DNA of 64,000 bases, from the NCBI RefSeq assembly GCF_009914755.1, contig NC_060930.1. One strand, given 5' to 3'. The number at the start of each line of letters is the position of its first letter. The stretch's first letter is position 1. The translations under genes were made by a program, and so were the position numbers. Below the pieces are notes generated by a model. That model was given only the letters and a program-made list of their open reading frames with translations, was not told the DNA's origin and ran no database searches. This DNA is from the human T2T-CHM13v2.0 reference genome, Homo sapiens. Shown here piece after piece: positions 49,185 to 64,000 of the stretch.

Positions 49185-49845
49185 TTCTTCATTTAACTAA
49201 AACATACATACAATAGTCTACAAATCTTAAATGTACAGCTTAATACATTTTACATATGTATACACTCATGTAACTACCACCTAGATTAAATATATTTCCA
49301 GTGCCCCTGCATCTCTTTCTGGTCAATATTACTCCAAAAATAACCACTTTTCTGACTTCTGTTACCCTAGAATAGTTTTGCCTATTCTTGAGCTTCATGT
49401 AAATGGAGCCATGTGGAGCCCAGACTTTTTGACTCAATATAATATTTTTGAGATTCATGCATGTTGTTGCACATATCAGTCATCTGTCCTTCTCTATTAT
49501 TGCTTAGTATTCCATGGTATGTATTTACTACAATGTCTTAATCCATTTTTCTGTTGATAAACACTTGAGTTATTTCCAGTTTTGCAAAAAGCTGTTTCCT
49601 ATTTTGAATAAATCTGTTGGAACATTCTTGTACAAGGTTTTGTGAACATATGCACTAATTTTTCTTGGACTATACCTAGCGGTGGGATTCTTGTTTCATA
49701 GAGTAGACGTGTACATAACTTTTTTAAAAACCACCAAATAGATTTTCAAAGTGATTATATCCTTTTGCATTCCCACCAGCAAATGCGTGACAGTTGCAGT
49801 CACTCCACATTGGGTCAGTCTTTTCAATTTTAGTTATTCTGGCAG
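49185..49845 (-). mobile_element. L1ME/MC 3' fragment
   Basis: ttttgagattcatgcatgttgttgca...tagtattccatggtatg...cattcccaccagcaa. Confidence 0.75.
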
Positions 49846-50235
49846 AGAAAATTTTGCAGTACTTTTGCTACGAGAGGTAAATTCCTGAGCTGGGGCTCAT
49901 CAGCAGGAGAATAGAGGCCTCCTATCCATGAGAGATGTGGAAGTAGAATTCTGATGAGTTTTTGTTTTGTTTCATCTTAATAACGAGAAACTGTGGGGCT
50001 AGAAAGCTAGAGAAATATGTTTTATCTTGTATCAGTACCAACTAAAAGAAAGCCAATTCTGGGGGTGGTGGGAGGGTGTCACCAGTGGAGAAAAGGGCTA
50101 ATTTAGGCTAATTCTAGGATAATACTCCCAGTAGGGTGTTAAGACAATACTGCAGGCCCATGTCTGATGATCCAGTCAGAAAGGGAGCTCAGACCAGGAT
50201 GCTTGGTTGCCAGTAATAGAGACTAGCTTGAGCTA

Positions 50236-50330
50236 TTAGGTTGGTGCAAAAGTAATTGTGGGTTTTGCCATTAGAAGTAATGCCATTACTTCTAATGGCA
50301 AAACTCGAAATTACTTTTGCTCCAACCTGA
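50236..50330. mobile_element. MADE1 (Hsmar1-derived MITE; miR-548-type hairpin), extended to 95 bp
   Basis: TIRs ttaggttggtgcaaaagtaatt / aattacttttgctccaacctga; TA TSD at 50234-35 and 50331-32. Confidence 0.95.
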
Positions 50331-50944
50331 TAGCATGATCAAGTGGGAACGTATGAAAGGATATTTGTGTACCCACAGAATTGACAGAGTTGAGAGCCTG
50401 GTCTAGAGATAAGCAGGAACTGAGGAGGATCCAGAAGGCCAGGAGCAGGCAGCTCAGTCGATCAGTGTGCTTCCCTGATAACTGTTCCTGTCATCCTTGT
50501 GTCACCTGTTCGAGGTTCAAAGATCCAGAAGTGTTTATCAGATTTGGTTGAGCTTAGGCCGCATGCCCACCCTCAGGGCTGGAGGAAGCAGAATCTGGCC
50601 ACTTCACAATCTTCCATGGTGGGGAGCAGGTGCCTGGATTTATACCCCATTAAGGCTGCATCCATGGGAATAAGTAATTCCCCAAAAGAAATGAGATGCC
50701 ATCAGGAAGGAGGAATGGATGTTGAGTAGCCAAAGAAATGCCACATGTTCACTACAGGCCTGCCTTCAACAGCATCAAATTCACACTATCGTGTTAATAG
50801 CTTTGGGAGGATGAAAGGAAACTGGCCTGGACCTATAGGGTGAGCAAGGAAAGAGAATTTGACATCAACAATAAAGGCCTAGCCAATTTGCTCACCGCTT
50901 CTCAAATGGACTTGAATAAGATGACACTGCGTGACACAAAATTT

Positions 50945-51254
50945 CTTCTTTTTTTTAAAATTTTTTTTAGATGGAGTCTCACTCTGTCACGCCCAGGCTG
51001 GAGTGCAGTGGCACGATCTCGGCTCCCTGCAACCTCTCTGCCTCCTGGGTTCAAGTGATTCTCTTGCCTCAGCCTCCCGAGTAGCTGGGACTACAGGCAC
51101 GTGCCACCACGCCCGGCTAATTTTTGTATCTTTTTAGCAGAGACGGGGTTTCACCATGTTGGCCAGGATGGTCTTAATCTCCTGACCTTGTGACCCACCT
51201 GCTTCGGCCTCTCAAAGTGCTGGGATTACAGGTGTGAGCCACCACACCTGGTCA
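50945..51254 (-). mobile_element. AluS (Sc-like)
   Basis: Full dimer; TSD acacaaaatttct. Confidence 0.95.
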
Positions 51255-51504
51255 CACAAAATTTCTCAATTTGTCATTTTTGGCATATCTGAGTCACTCT
51301 AGGATCCCCTTGCAGTGTGGTACAACCTGTGTGAGGGGATCCTGGGTGGAGGTGGTGGGAGGTGGAGACTGTGGAACGGGGTGAAGATCACAGCCCAGGT
51401 ATGGCACTCTTTTTCAGGTGTGAGCTTCTAAAGGCCTAAGCAAACGTCTGAGACTTGAGGACAAAAATTATGGGTTTCAAAATACATAAATCAAAATACC
51501 CATG

Positions 51505-52081
<577 letters not shown>

Positions 52082-54165
52082 GATAAGAGAAAAGAAAATA
52101 GCAAATTCTAACTTTTAAAGTGCTCCATTCAGCATTTAGGCAACCTTTCCCACTCTTAGGTGGCACTCCTACCTCAGCTCAGAGTTTCTCAGCCTCCAGC
52201 CCATTATGCATTGTTCCAAATGACAAAGCCACCAGAAAAAAAGAGACAGCACAGGCTCAAGGGACCCAGTTCTCCACAACAGGTTGCCACATCTTGATCT
52301 GCATCTGAAGCAAAGACTCAAAGTCTACTCTAGAAAAGAAAAAAAATAGCAAAAACCTTAACCACATGGTTCAGACATCTAGTTTTTGGATCCATTATTT
52401 ACCCGGAAGAGTATTTCCATTGTTCAATGGAAATAACTCAACATAGCTTTATATCTAGAAAAATTATGAAAATGTCTGAGTTACCCGGTATTGGGTCAGC
52501 CTGGACTTCTGGAGCATGCATTTTTCTACAAAGGAAAGAAAACTGGTCTGGTTATCAGAAGACCTAAGTATAATCCAGGCTTTGTCATGAACTCATTACA
52601 TGACCTTAGGAAAATCACAACCTTTATTCTTCAATTTCCTCTTCTATAAAATGAAGGCAATTGACTAAATGGGCACTGAAGTTTGTTCCAGTTCCATGAT
52701 CACTTAAATTCTTAAATAAAAGAAGAAAGAAACCACGTTAGTCTCTCTGACACATCTCCCCTAAGGCACTGCAGAAGACCAAACACAAAATAAAAAGTAT
52801 TTCAATCCAAAAAACCATGCTCAATCTCCAAGTCTCTGCAGCCTGTGATTAGTAGAATCTATCTTGCCATAATTGAGCAAAGTAGTTCTAGGAAAAAATT
52901 ATACCGAATTTTACTAAATGTGCTTTCATTTGAAACCAGAGCCTTCCTTGGTTAGCCAGACCACTAGGACTGACATACTGTACCGATTACATAATGTGAG
53001 CACCATCAATATCCTTCCATTTTAGGAGAATTGGCTTTTTAGCCATCAGTCTAGAGCCCGCTATAATTTATTTTCTTTGTGGTAAGCGGATAACATGTCT
53101 ACATTAGTTAAATTACTTTAATACGTGGTTGCTTTAGGCTCAAAAATTCTGACCACTCTTTTCAAGGAAACATCAACCCACGACATGTGGACTAAATCTC
53201 CATTTTTATTTCTTTGTTCATTTTTGTTTTTTCCAAATGACTTCATTTTTGTTGTGAATGCTAAATCAACTTAAATTTTGGATCTTACTAAATACTCTGA
53301 TATTTGTGCTTGTCTTTTAACCAAATACGTTGCATCCTTTTGCACCCCACCACTAGGCAACACAACTGTGATCAACTATAAATTGCTGGATGGTGAGTTC
53401 TTTATTCTGTCCACAGCAAGGTAAATGACTTCCTTGCCTAACCAACTTCTCAGGCAATAATAATCTGAACTCCTCTCACTCTCCGTCCTTCTCAGAGGAA
53501 GCCAACACAAGTCATACAAGTCATGCTGCTGATCCACGTGAATGTAATTTGAGCAGTTTCAAAATGTGTAAACATATTATTAGCAATGTGTTTAAACAGC
53601 ACCTTTCCCTTTGGTGTTCATAATCCTTTAAGATTATAATGTAATACTCCTTCCAGCATCACTTGAAAATATATACAGCACAGCAAGAATTATATTTTTC
53701 AAGAAATGTGATGGTTATGAATAAATAAAAATGATTTCTCATGTCTCACAAGCATTTTTATTTATTTATAGGATCTATGTATCCCTTGCTTCTTTCAAAA
53801 AGAATTTGAAGCAACTTACAAACTAATATGTATAGCCCAATTCTAATAAAATAAGAATAAAACCAGGATGGGAAGTAGAAAAGCTCTTCCCAAACACGAC
53901 AGGAAGACTTAAAGGAAAATGTGACAGATGTGATTACACAGAAATCTAACAGTTCTGTGTTGCAAAGATCAAGCAGCAGAACAACAGATAAAGGGTAATA
54001 CCCACAACTGTGTAAAACTGCCTGTAAAATGGTTATGGTTGGCCATAGAAGGCCAACCACTCAAATGTTTTGTGCGGAGAACATGATGATTAGGTCCAGA
54101 AGAAATACAAATAGCGAAAAGTCTTATAGAAAAAAAGGTGTAATTCTAGCTCCTACGGAAGGAGT

Positions 54166-54189
54166 TTCTTTTCTTTCTTTCTTTCTCTC

Positions 54190-54230
<41 letters not shown>

Positions 54231-54499
54231 TACAAGTCTCGCTCTGTTGTCCAGGCTGGATAGAGTGCAGTGGCGCGATCTCGGCTCACTGAAGCCTCTG
54301 CCTCCCAGCTTCAAGTGATTCTCCCGCCTCAACCTCTCAAGTAGCTGGGACTACAGGCGTGCACCACTACGCCCAGCTAGTTGAGATGGGATTTCCCCGT
54401 GTTGGTCAAGCTGGTCTCTTAACTCCTGACCTCATGTGATCCGCCCACCTTGGCCTCCCAAAGTGCTGGGATTACAGACGTGAGCCACCACACCCGGCC
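54166..54499 (-). mobile_element. AluS with (TTTC)/(TC)n tail, linker deleted
   Basis: Dimer; TSD aggagtttc. Confidence 0.9.
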
Positions 54500-54774
54500 A
54501 GGAGTTTCAAATTAAAACAAGATGACAGTTTTCACTCAGCTGAGTGGCAAAAAATAATAAATAAATAAATATAAAAATAAAAAGAGCTGTAGCATGTAGT
54601 TTTATATGAATCTTTTGGTTGTTTAAAAATTTTTTAGTGCAAATGATGCTGCAATGAACATCCTCGTACATATATTTCTTAGCAAATACATAAATATTTC
54701 TATAAAATAGGTTTCTAACAGCAAAATTGAATTAAACTTTATATGCAATTTAAAAATTGATACAAACTGCCAGG

Positions 54775-55096
<322 letters not shown>

Positions 55097-55179
55097 TAAT
55101 ACTGCCAATTTACTTTCCTAAAATATTGCCCTACATTATAGTTACATCTGCAGAATATGCGTATGACCATTTTCCCCTA

Positions 55180-56350
<1,171 letters not shown>

Positions 56351-57065
56351 ACATATATAAGGTGGATCTATATAACATACTATGAGGTCTATGATATACT
56401 GTTGCATGAGAAAAACATCTCACAAAAAAATAGGAGCAGAGTGTGATTATATTTGTAATAAACAAAGCCCTATATCAGATTGTATGTGAGCAAATAAATA
56501 GAAAATGGTGGTTATCTCTGGAGAAGAGAAAGGGAAAAGAAACTTAGTTTTTGCTCTATATTATTCTGTATTGTTGCAATGGTTTACAACAACATGTCTT
56601 TCTATCATGATTTCTAAAAATGTTTTCATTTTAAGGATAAACGAAATATGCCAATAATGGTTGATTACAAATCTCTCTAGATTATGGGATAATGAGCAGT
56701 GTCTCAAGCGAGCTGGGATCAGGGAGAGGCAAGTTTCTGTAAAGACAGCAGAAGGCTGTAGACAGGGGAGTGGAATCTGCGGCAGAACAGGGCTCTCAGG
56801 AAAGTATCCTATGAAGAGTTTGAGGAAGGTATATCAAGGGTTGAAGGTAAGAGGGAAGCTGGAAAGGTATGCTTTTTGGGCTATCTAATGGCGACAAAAA
56901 TACAATATTGCTTCGATTTTCTTTTGGGAGTGGAGGCAGAGAAGTGGTGGCTAGTATCTGGGGCTTTCTTTTGGTCCTTCCTACCATAATAGTCCTCACG
57001 GAACCAACATGGGGGTTCAGACAGTTACTGAGTATGTCTCCTTACACTATACAATCTAGGACAGA

Positions 57066-57363
57066 GGCCAGGCGTGGTGGTTCATATCTGTAATCCCCAC
57101 ACTTAGGAGGCCAAGGCAGGAGGATCCCTTGAGTCCAGGAGTTCGAGACCAGTGTGAGCAATATAGTAAGACCTTGTTTCTACAAAAAATAAAAAATTAG
57201 CCAGGCATGGTGGTGCACACCTGTAGTCTCAGCTACTCGGGAGGCTGAGGTGGGAGGCTCCCTTGAGCCCAGAGTTTGAGGCTACAGTGAGCTATGATTA
57301 CACCAATGCCCTTCAGCCTGAGTGACACAGAAAGACCCTGTCTCAAAAAAAAAAAAAAAAAAA
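57066..57363 (+). mobile_element. AluJ
   Basis: Full dimer with poly(A). Confidence 0.9.
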
Positions 57364-58180
57364 ATCTATGGCAGGAAATTACGTGGGCGGTTTCACTGAA
57401 GTTATACAATTTCAACACAAATAACCATAGGCCATCATTGACTCCAGGCTTTGAGCCAATCTAGCAGACTAAAAACACAACTTCCTGGTGCTTGAGCAAC
57501 TTGTGAATCCTAGATGATGTCCCATGTCCATAAACTTAGCCTGACAGAGCCTTACATAGTTTCCCCCTTGTTCTAACACCCCCAGAAACCTCCCCATTAC
57601 ATGTACTCCTCTGGCTCCCATTTGTCAAGATCTTGTAACTCTTTCAGTGGATAGTCTCTATCACTCTGGAGCAGGTCTTATATATCTCTTTTTGTGGGCT
57701 ATGTTGGAATCTAATTCTTGTTATAGAACCAGAGGCAAAAAGAAGAGAGGGAGTGGGTCTGAGACTAGGCATCACTTCCTGAGGCAACGGTTCCAGGTGT
57801 AGTCACTGAAAAGTATTTTTTTCCAGAAAGAGGTCTTCGGGAAATTTAGGTTTCAAAGTTCTCACCCTCATCTATGTCCCACTAGTGCGTTTCATTAGCA
57901 CTAGAGACCTGGCAAGGTTGAACCTTTAATTACTGCAGAAATTCTGCAAACCTTGCAATGAGGCCCAGGGCTTGACTGTGAAGTGCAACACCAATAGATT
58001 GCTGCGATCCCCTCAAGGTTTCCACAGAGGCTTGACTCTACACACAAGTATTCTTCAATATATAGCTATAGCTCTTAATTTATCTTTTTGTCTATATATG
58101 CTCTCCATAACTATAAGACATAGCCAGCTGGCTCCATAATCTTTAAAATCACTACTTTTGACAGAACAATGAAGTGTCAC

Positions 58181-58859
<679 letters not shown>

Positions 58860-58887
58860 GCCACAGTCACTTCATCTCCCATTGTCT

Positions 58888-59775
58888 TGTTATGATATTA
58901 TGATACAGATGTTGGTTTTCATCCATAGTTCCTGGCTCCTAACTCCCATAGTCCTTTTATAATGTTGGGGCACTTTAGACCTCAGGAAACAGAATCTCTC
59001 TCTCTGACCTTCTCCTCTCCTTCTTTCACCTGCCCAAGGCAGGACTGTAATCTGATTGTGGGTCAAAAAACCTTCATTCCAGAGAGAGTCCTGCCCCATA
59101 CCCTAGAGGAAGGAACGGTACACAGAGAGGCCAAGTAAAGTCTAAACAGATGGGCTTTGTGGGGTTTAGATAATGCACTTTTTGTCCAATCACATTTCTA
59201 CACAGTTGTCAATCATGCCTACGTAATGAAGCCTCCATAACAACCCGAGAGGACAGAGTTTGGAGAGCTTCCAGATAGCTGAACACATTAAGGTTCCTGG
59301 AAGGCAGTGTGCCCAGGGAGGGCGTAGAAGCTCCATGTCCCTTCCCTCATACCTTGCCCTACACATCTCCTCATCTGCATCCTTTATAATATCCTTTGTA
59401 ATAAACTGGTAAGTGTGTTGTTTCCCTGAGTTCTGTGAGCCATTCCAGCAAATTAATGGAAACCAAAGGGGGGTTCTTGGGAATCTCAACTTGAAGCCAG
59501 TTATTCAGAAGTTTTGGAGGTCAGGACTTGTGGCCAGTATGTGGGGAGATGGGAGGGAAGTTGCAGTCTTGGGGACTGAGCCCTCAACCTGTGGGATCTG
59601 ACACTATTTCCAGGTAGTGTCAGATTTAACTGGAAGACACCCAGCTGCTGTCTACTACTGATATGTGAGGAACCCATCCCCTCCCACATTTGGTCACAGA
59701 AGTCTTCTTCTGTACTGATTGTTGTGTTGTGGTGAGAGAGCAGAGGAAAAACCCAGCTTGATGGTTTTCTGAAAT
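58888..59775 (+). mobile_element. MER21-family solo LTR
   Basis: tgttatgata...gtcttggggactgagccctcaacctgtgggatctgacacta...catttggtcacagaagtcttc. Confidence 0.75.
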
Positions 59776-60379
59776 ACTTGCCCTCCCTTTACTCTCCATC
59801 CATGCTATGACCACTGATAATGTGCATAATGCTACTGCAGGCAGATTACTAGCATTCATGTTTATCCTTCAAAACCCCCCACTTCCCACAAGGTTATATT
59901 TCAGCTCCTCATACATGATCAACCCAATCCCAAATCCCATTTTGAGGCTCTATTTCCTAGTGAAAATTCTAGTATCAGTTACTGTATCAGTCTCATTGCC
60001 AGCAAGAAACAGGTGGTACATTCAAACTAGGATGATTGAAAGAGGGAGGTGTTTACAGTGGTGTAGATGGGGCACAGGGAAATCCCAAGAGAGAGGGTGA
60101 TAACCAAGAGCTAGCAGTGGAGCATAAAGAAAAGAGAGGCAGTGACCTTCAGTCCAGAGACTCAGACAGCCTGTGGCAACCTCACAGAAACAGCGCTGAG
60201 GGAAAAATCACCTTGACTTCACCCTTTCCCTAATTTCCAGTCTCCTGCCAGGGATCCCCAGTGGCCATACCCAGGGCAAAGCTAGAGGCAAGGGAGCCAG
60301 TGGATGTAGTCAACTATGTCAGCCTCCTGGGTAGAGAGTGGATCTGGAAGGGAAAATGCAAAAATCTCAAACACATTAG

Positions 60380-61320
60380 GAAAGGCAGTGATGTTCTAAA
60401 CAACCTTAGTATGAGGTGCTTGTGCAAAGCAGGTACTTACATGGCTCAGGAGATTGGAGGAAATTCTGGGCTGTCGTATAAATCTGAAAGCTCTCAGCAT
60501 AGAGGCAAGGCAATATGGGTGGTTGAGATGATTTAAGCAGCTAGGGTGGGAGAAGAGGATCTAAGGTTGAACCTGAGGAGTTCCAATGTGTAAAGGTCAG
60601 GTAGAAGAGGAAAAGCTGGCAAAGGGACAGAGAAAGAGAGCCAGAGAGAGACACAGCTGGGTGTCTTCCAGGAGAGTGTGGTAGTTTGGATACCAAGAAA
60701 AATAGCTTTTTCCAAAAGAAGGGAGGGTCAACTTTGTTGAAGTAGGCTGAGAGGTCATATAATACAAAGACCAAGGAGTACCCATGGGATTTCGGGCCAT
60801 GGAGGTCACTGGGTCCTTCAGCAAAAAAAAGTTCTAATAGAGGAATAGGGAAGGAAGCCAGTTGGAGAAGGCTGATAAGTAAACAGGCAATGAATAAGGG
60901 CAAACAATGATTGTGCACAACTCTTCCAATCAGTTTAGGAGTGAAGGGGAGGAGAAAAACAGTAGAACTGAACAGGAAATTTGGAGTCCAGGAATAGAAT
61001 TTTTTAGAATGGGAGTGACTGGAACATGTTTAGATGCTGATGAAAAGGGCCCATTAGAGAGGAACAATTCAAAGATAGAAAAAGGGGAGGATTTATAATG
61101 TACCTTTCCTAAGAAGGCTGGAATCCATGGCATAAGAAGAGACTTGACCTTTGTAGGAGGAGAGACATCAGTTCCATTTTGCCAGATGGGAAGAGCAAAG
61201 GATGGGCGCAGAGGTGCAGGTTGGTTTATAGGAGCCGGTGGCAGGAAGTGAGGTAATTGCTACCAGAGCGCATCTATTTCCTCTGTGAAGTAAGAACAAA
61301 GACATCTACTGGAGTGAGCG
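60380..61320 (-). mobile_element. L2 fragments
   Basis: GA-rich degenerate L2 motifs (ggatttcgggccatggaggtcactgggtccttc; catctatttcctctgtgaagtaaga). Confidence 0.6.
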
Positions 61321-63259
61321 ATGAGATGGGGGCTCAAAGCTTTGAGAAGTGGAGAAAGTTTAAAATGGTCGTTTCAGAGACAGAAGGGTGAGGGACAAGA
61401 GGAGGACGGTGAGATTCCCTAGGGGTGAGGGAGGTTTGAGAATCAGGGAAGGTGGTGACTGGGTGCAGGCTGTAGGCTGGGATGTTTCTCTCTAGTCATA
61501 CTTTGCTGCCTAGGGAGAGACATAAATAAGAAAGTATGCTGTTGAGTTCTTCTAGGATACCCCCCGCCCAGGTGGACGTGATGAAAGGAAAAAATAGGCC
61601 AGTAAGTTTAGGGTATTGGCAAGACAGTGACTAAGATAATGGACTGTGGAGTTTAATGTGGCTTCAAAGAGAAACAAGGGCAGAGTGGGTTAATGGATAA
61701 GGAAAAGTAGAGTGGCCAGGGTCTAAGGACCTTGTGTGGTGAGATGCAGAGCAGGTGTGCAAGTGGACTGGAATGAGGGAGCTGTCATCAGAGAAGGAGA
61801 TGGAAGAGGTAACAAGATCCAGGTGCCACTGAGAGGTGGGTGCTGGAGGTAGTGAAGTAGATGAAGGCATTGAGAGGCCAGAGTGTTGACTAGGTCATCC
61901 ATGGGTACAGTAACGCTTCTCCGGAGGATGACAGGGTTGAGGTGTGAGGGAATACTAGAAGCAAGAAGGGAAAGTCCTTGGGGAACAAGAGGGAGTTTCC
62001 GGAGACCAGTGGACAAGAACAACACTACCTGAACTTCAGAGGAGCAGCCATTTTTACAGGAATGCTTGGGGGCTGCATTAGGGAATGAGGGGGCAGCCAC
62101 ATCCACATCCTAATCTAGGATATCTAGGGTGTGGAAAAGGACTCCAGAGGGCTGCAAGAAAAGCAGTGCTCTCTGGGTAAAGAAGAGTTTTAATTCAGGC
62201 AAGGAGATGGAGGAGAAAATATCAGGGTTGAGATACCAAGGTCTCCTGAGATAAGCCAAGGCAGCAGAAGTAACCAGGGAAAAAGAGGTGATACTTCAAC
62301 TTGAGTATGTTTGGGTCACAGCTTGTGAAAAGAATTGCCATTAAAATGATTTCAAAATCAGTGTCTGTCTCCAGAAAGCGCTATGCCTTTTTCAAAGATG
62401 CACACGTACTCCCAACTCCAGTTGTCCTTCACTTTCAGTGGTGGCCTCTGTGTGTGTGCTCTGGCTCTGGAGAACAATGCCTACCCAGCACTATTTTCTC
62501 CATGCTCAGGGCTGTCCTTGAGTTTCTTTCGTTCCAGCTGCTGTTTGCTGAGGCTGGCATGATATTTACCTTCATCTCTTTATTTCCTAGTTTACCAAAC
62601 ACCATGGTTTCAAAAGAACCCCCCGCCCACCCCCATCACCACCACCAAGGATTGCTTTAGGCCAGTGTTCTCTGGATGGTTTTCTCTATGTCTCTGTCTC
62701 ATCCCATCATTTGACCTTGACTTTGTATTGTCCTGCAGTGATTTTCTCCATGCCATTTTACCTCTGCTTCACTTTGGCTTGGGTATCCCCCCTCTGCTTT
62801 CACCCATTCTCGGCACCTCTAGAGCAAGGAGGGGGTTAGTGGGCAGTGAGGGTGCCTCCGAGGTTAACAGGTGCATGGCAGTATAACTGACATCTGTTAT
62901 TTATAAAAGAGATGACATAGAACTAAACTCTCAGGACTTTTATTTGCACCTTGGATGACGAAACAAATTCTGCAGTTAACATTAAGAAAAACAAGTCAAT
63001 ATGTAAACAGTAAAAGTGAATTTACCAATTTTTCCTTCTGCCTTCCCAGAAACTCTTTTTTTCTTTCACTGTGACTTGATTACTAATTCTAATCTAGAAA
63101 CGAACTCTAGATTAGAATGCTAGGTTAGAATTAGTAATCATCTTGACAACTAGGTAATCACAAGTGTTTGCCATTCTCATTACCCAGGAAGTATACTCAT
63201 ACCACATAGTGGATAGGCCAACTAGAACAAAATCCAATCAGGTGTGAAAAATGTACTTT

Positions 63260-63602
<343 letters not shown>

Positions 63603-64000
63603 TCACTATGCAACAGGATAGCTTAGTCACATTAGAAGTTACTGCCATCTGAATATTTCCAACAAAAATCTTCTCATAATTTTTAATTCATCAAATTCAG
63701 TGTTCCCTCTTTCATTTTTTGTTATGATTGTTTTGGATTTTGTTGCTCCTTTTGTTAGAGTCCCCAATATTTTCTGGGTGGTCCTGTGACTGGATTGACT
63801 TTATCATTGGCACTATGTGTATTATTGTCTATCACCTAAAATACTTACAAATGGTCTCAAACACACCAGTTGCTGCCTAATAGAACATGCCTCATTTGAG
63901 GAACTGGAAGATTGTCTAATACTAGAGAAAGTCCCATGATACAGGCAATCAGGAATTACTAAATTCAAATCAAAGCTTCAACAGCAACTCAATGGGTTCA

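Overview
This is a primate, most likely human, non-coding genomic window dense in interspersed repeats: about 30 Alu/FLAM copies, L1 fragments of several ages, L2/MIR, ERV1/MaLR/ERVL solo LTRs and MER DNA transposons. No protein-coding gene is supported. The listed ORFs are Alu-, L1- or simple-repeat-derived, or chance ORFs. The standout structure is an inverted repeat with two 656-bp arms, identical by eye (16755-17410 and 19085-19740), around a 1,674-bp spacer. It looks like a very recent inverted duplication and would be a substrate for NAHR inversion. Each arm contains a well-formed 138-nt non-coding exon cassette, so a transcript crossing the locus would carry a perfect antisense copy of one of its own exons. 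Other minus-strand splice signals suggest such a lncRNA. From memory only, and unverified, the geometry resembles a catalogued small human inversion within a 6q21 lncRNA. Also present: a U6 retrocopy with TSD, a MADE1 (miR-548-type) hairpin extended by template switching, a twin-primed L1, a young L1PA2-type insertion, several small template-switch palindromes, a palindromic purine/pyrimidine minisatellite and a few candidate regulatory motifs. Repeat subfamily names come from recalled consensus sequences, and boundaries of old elements are approximate.
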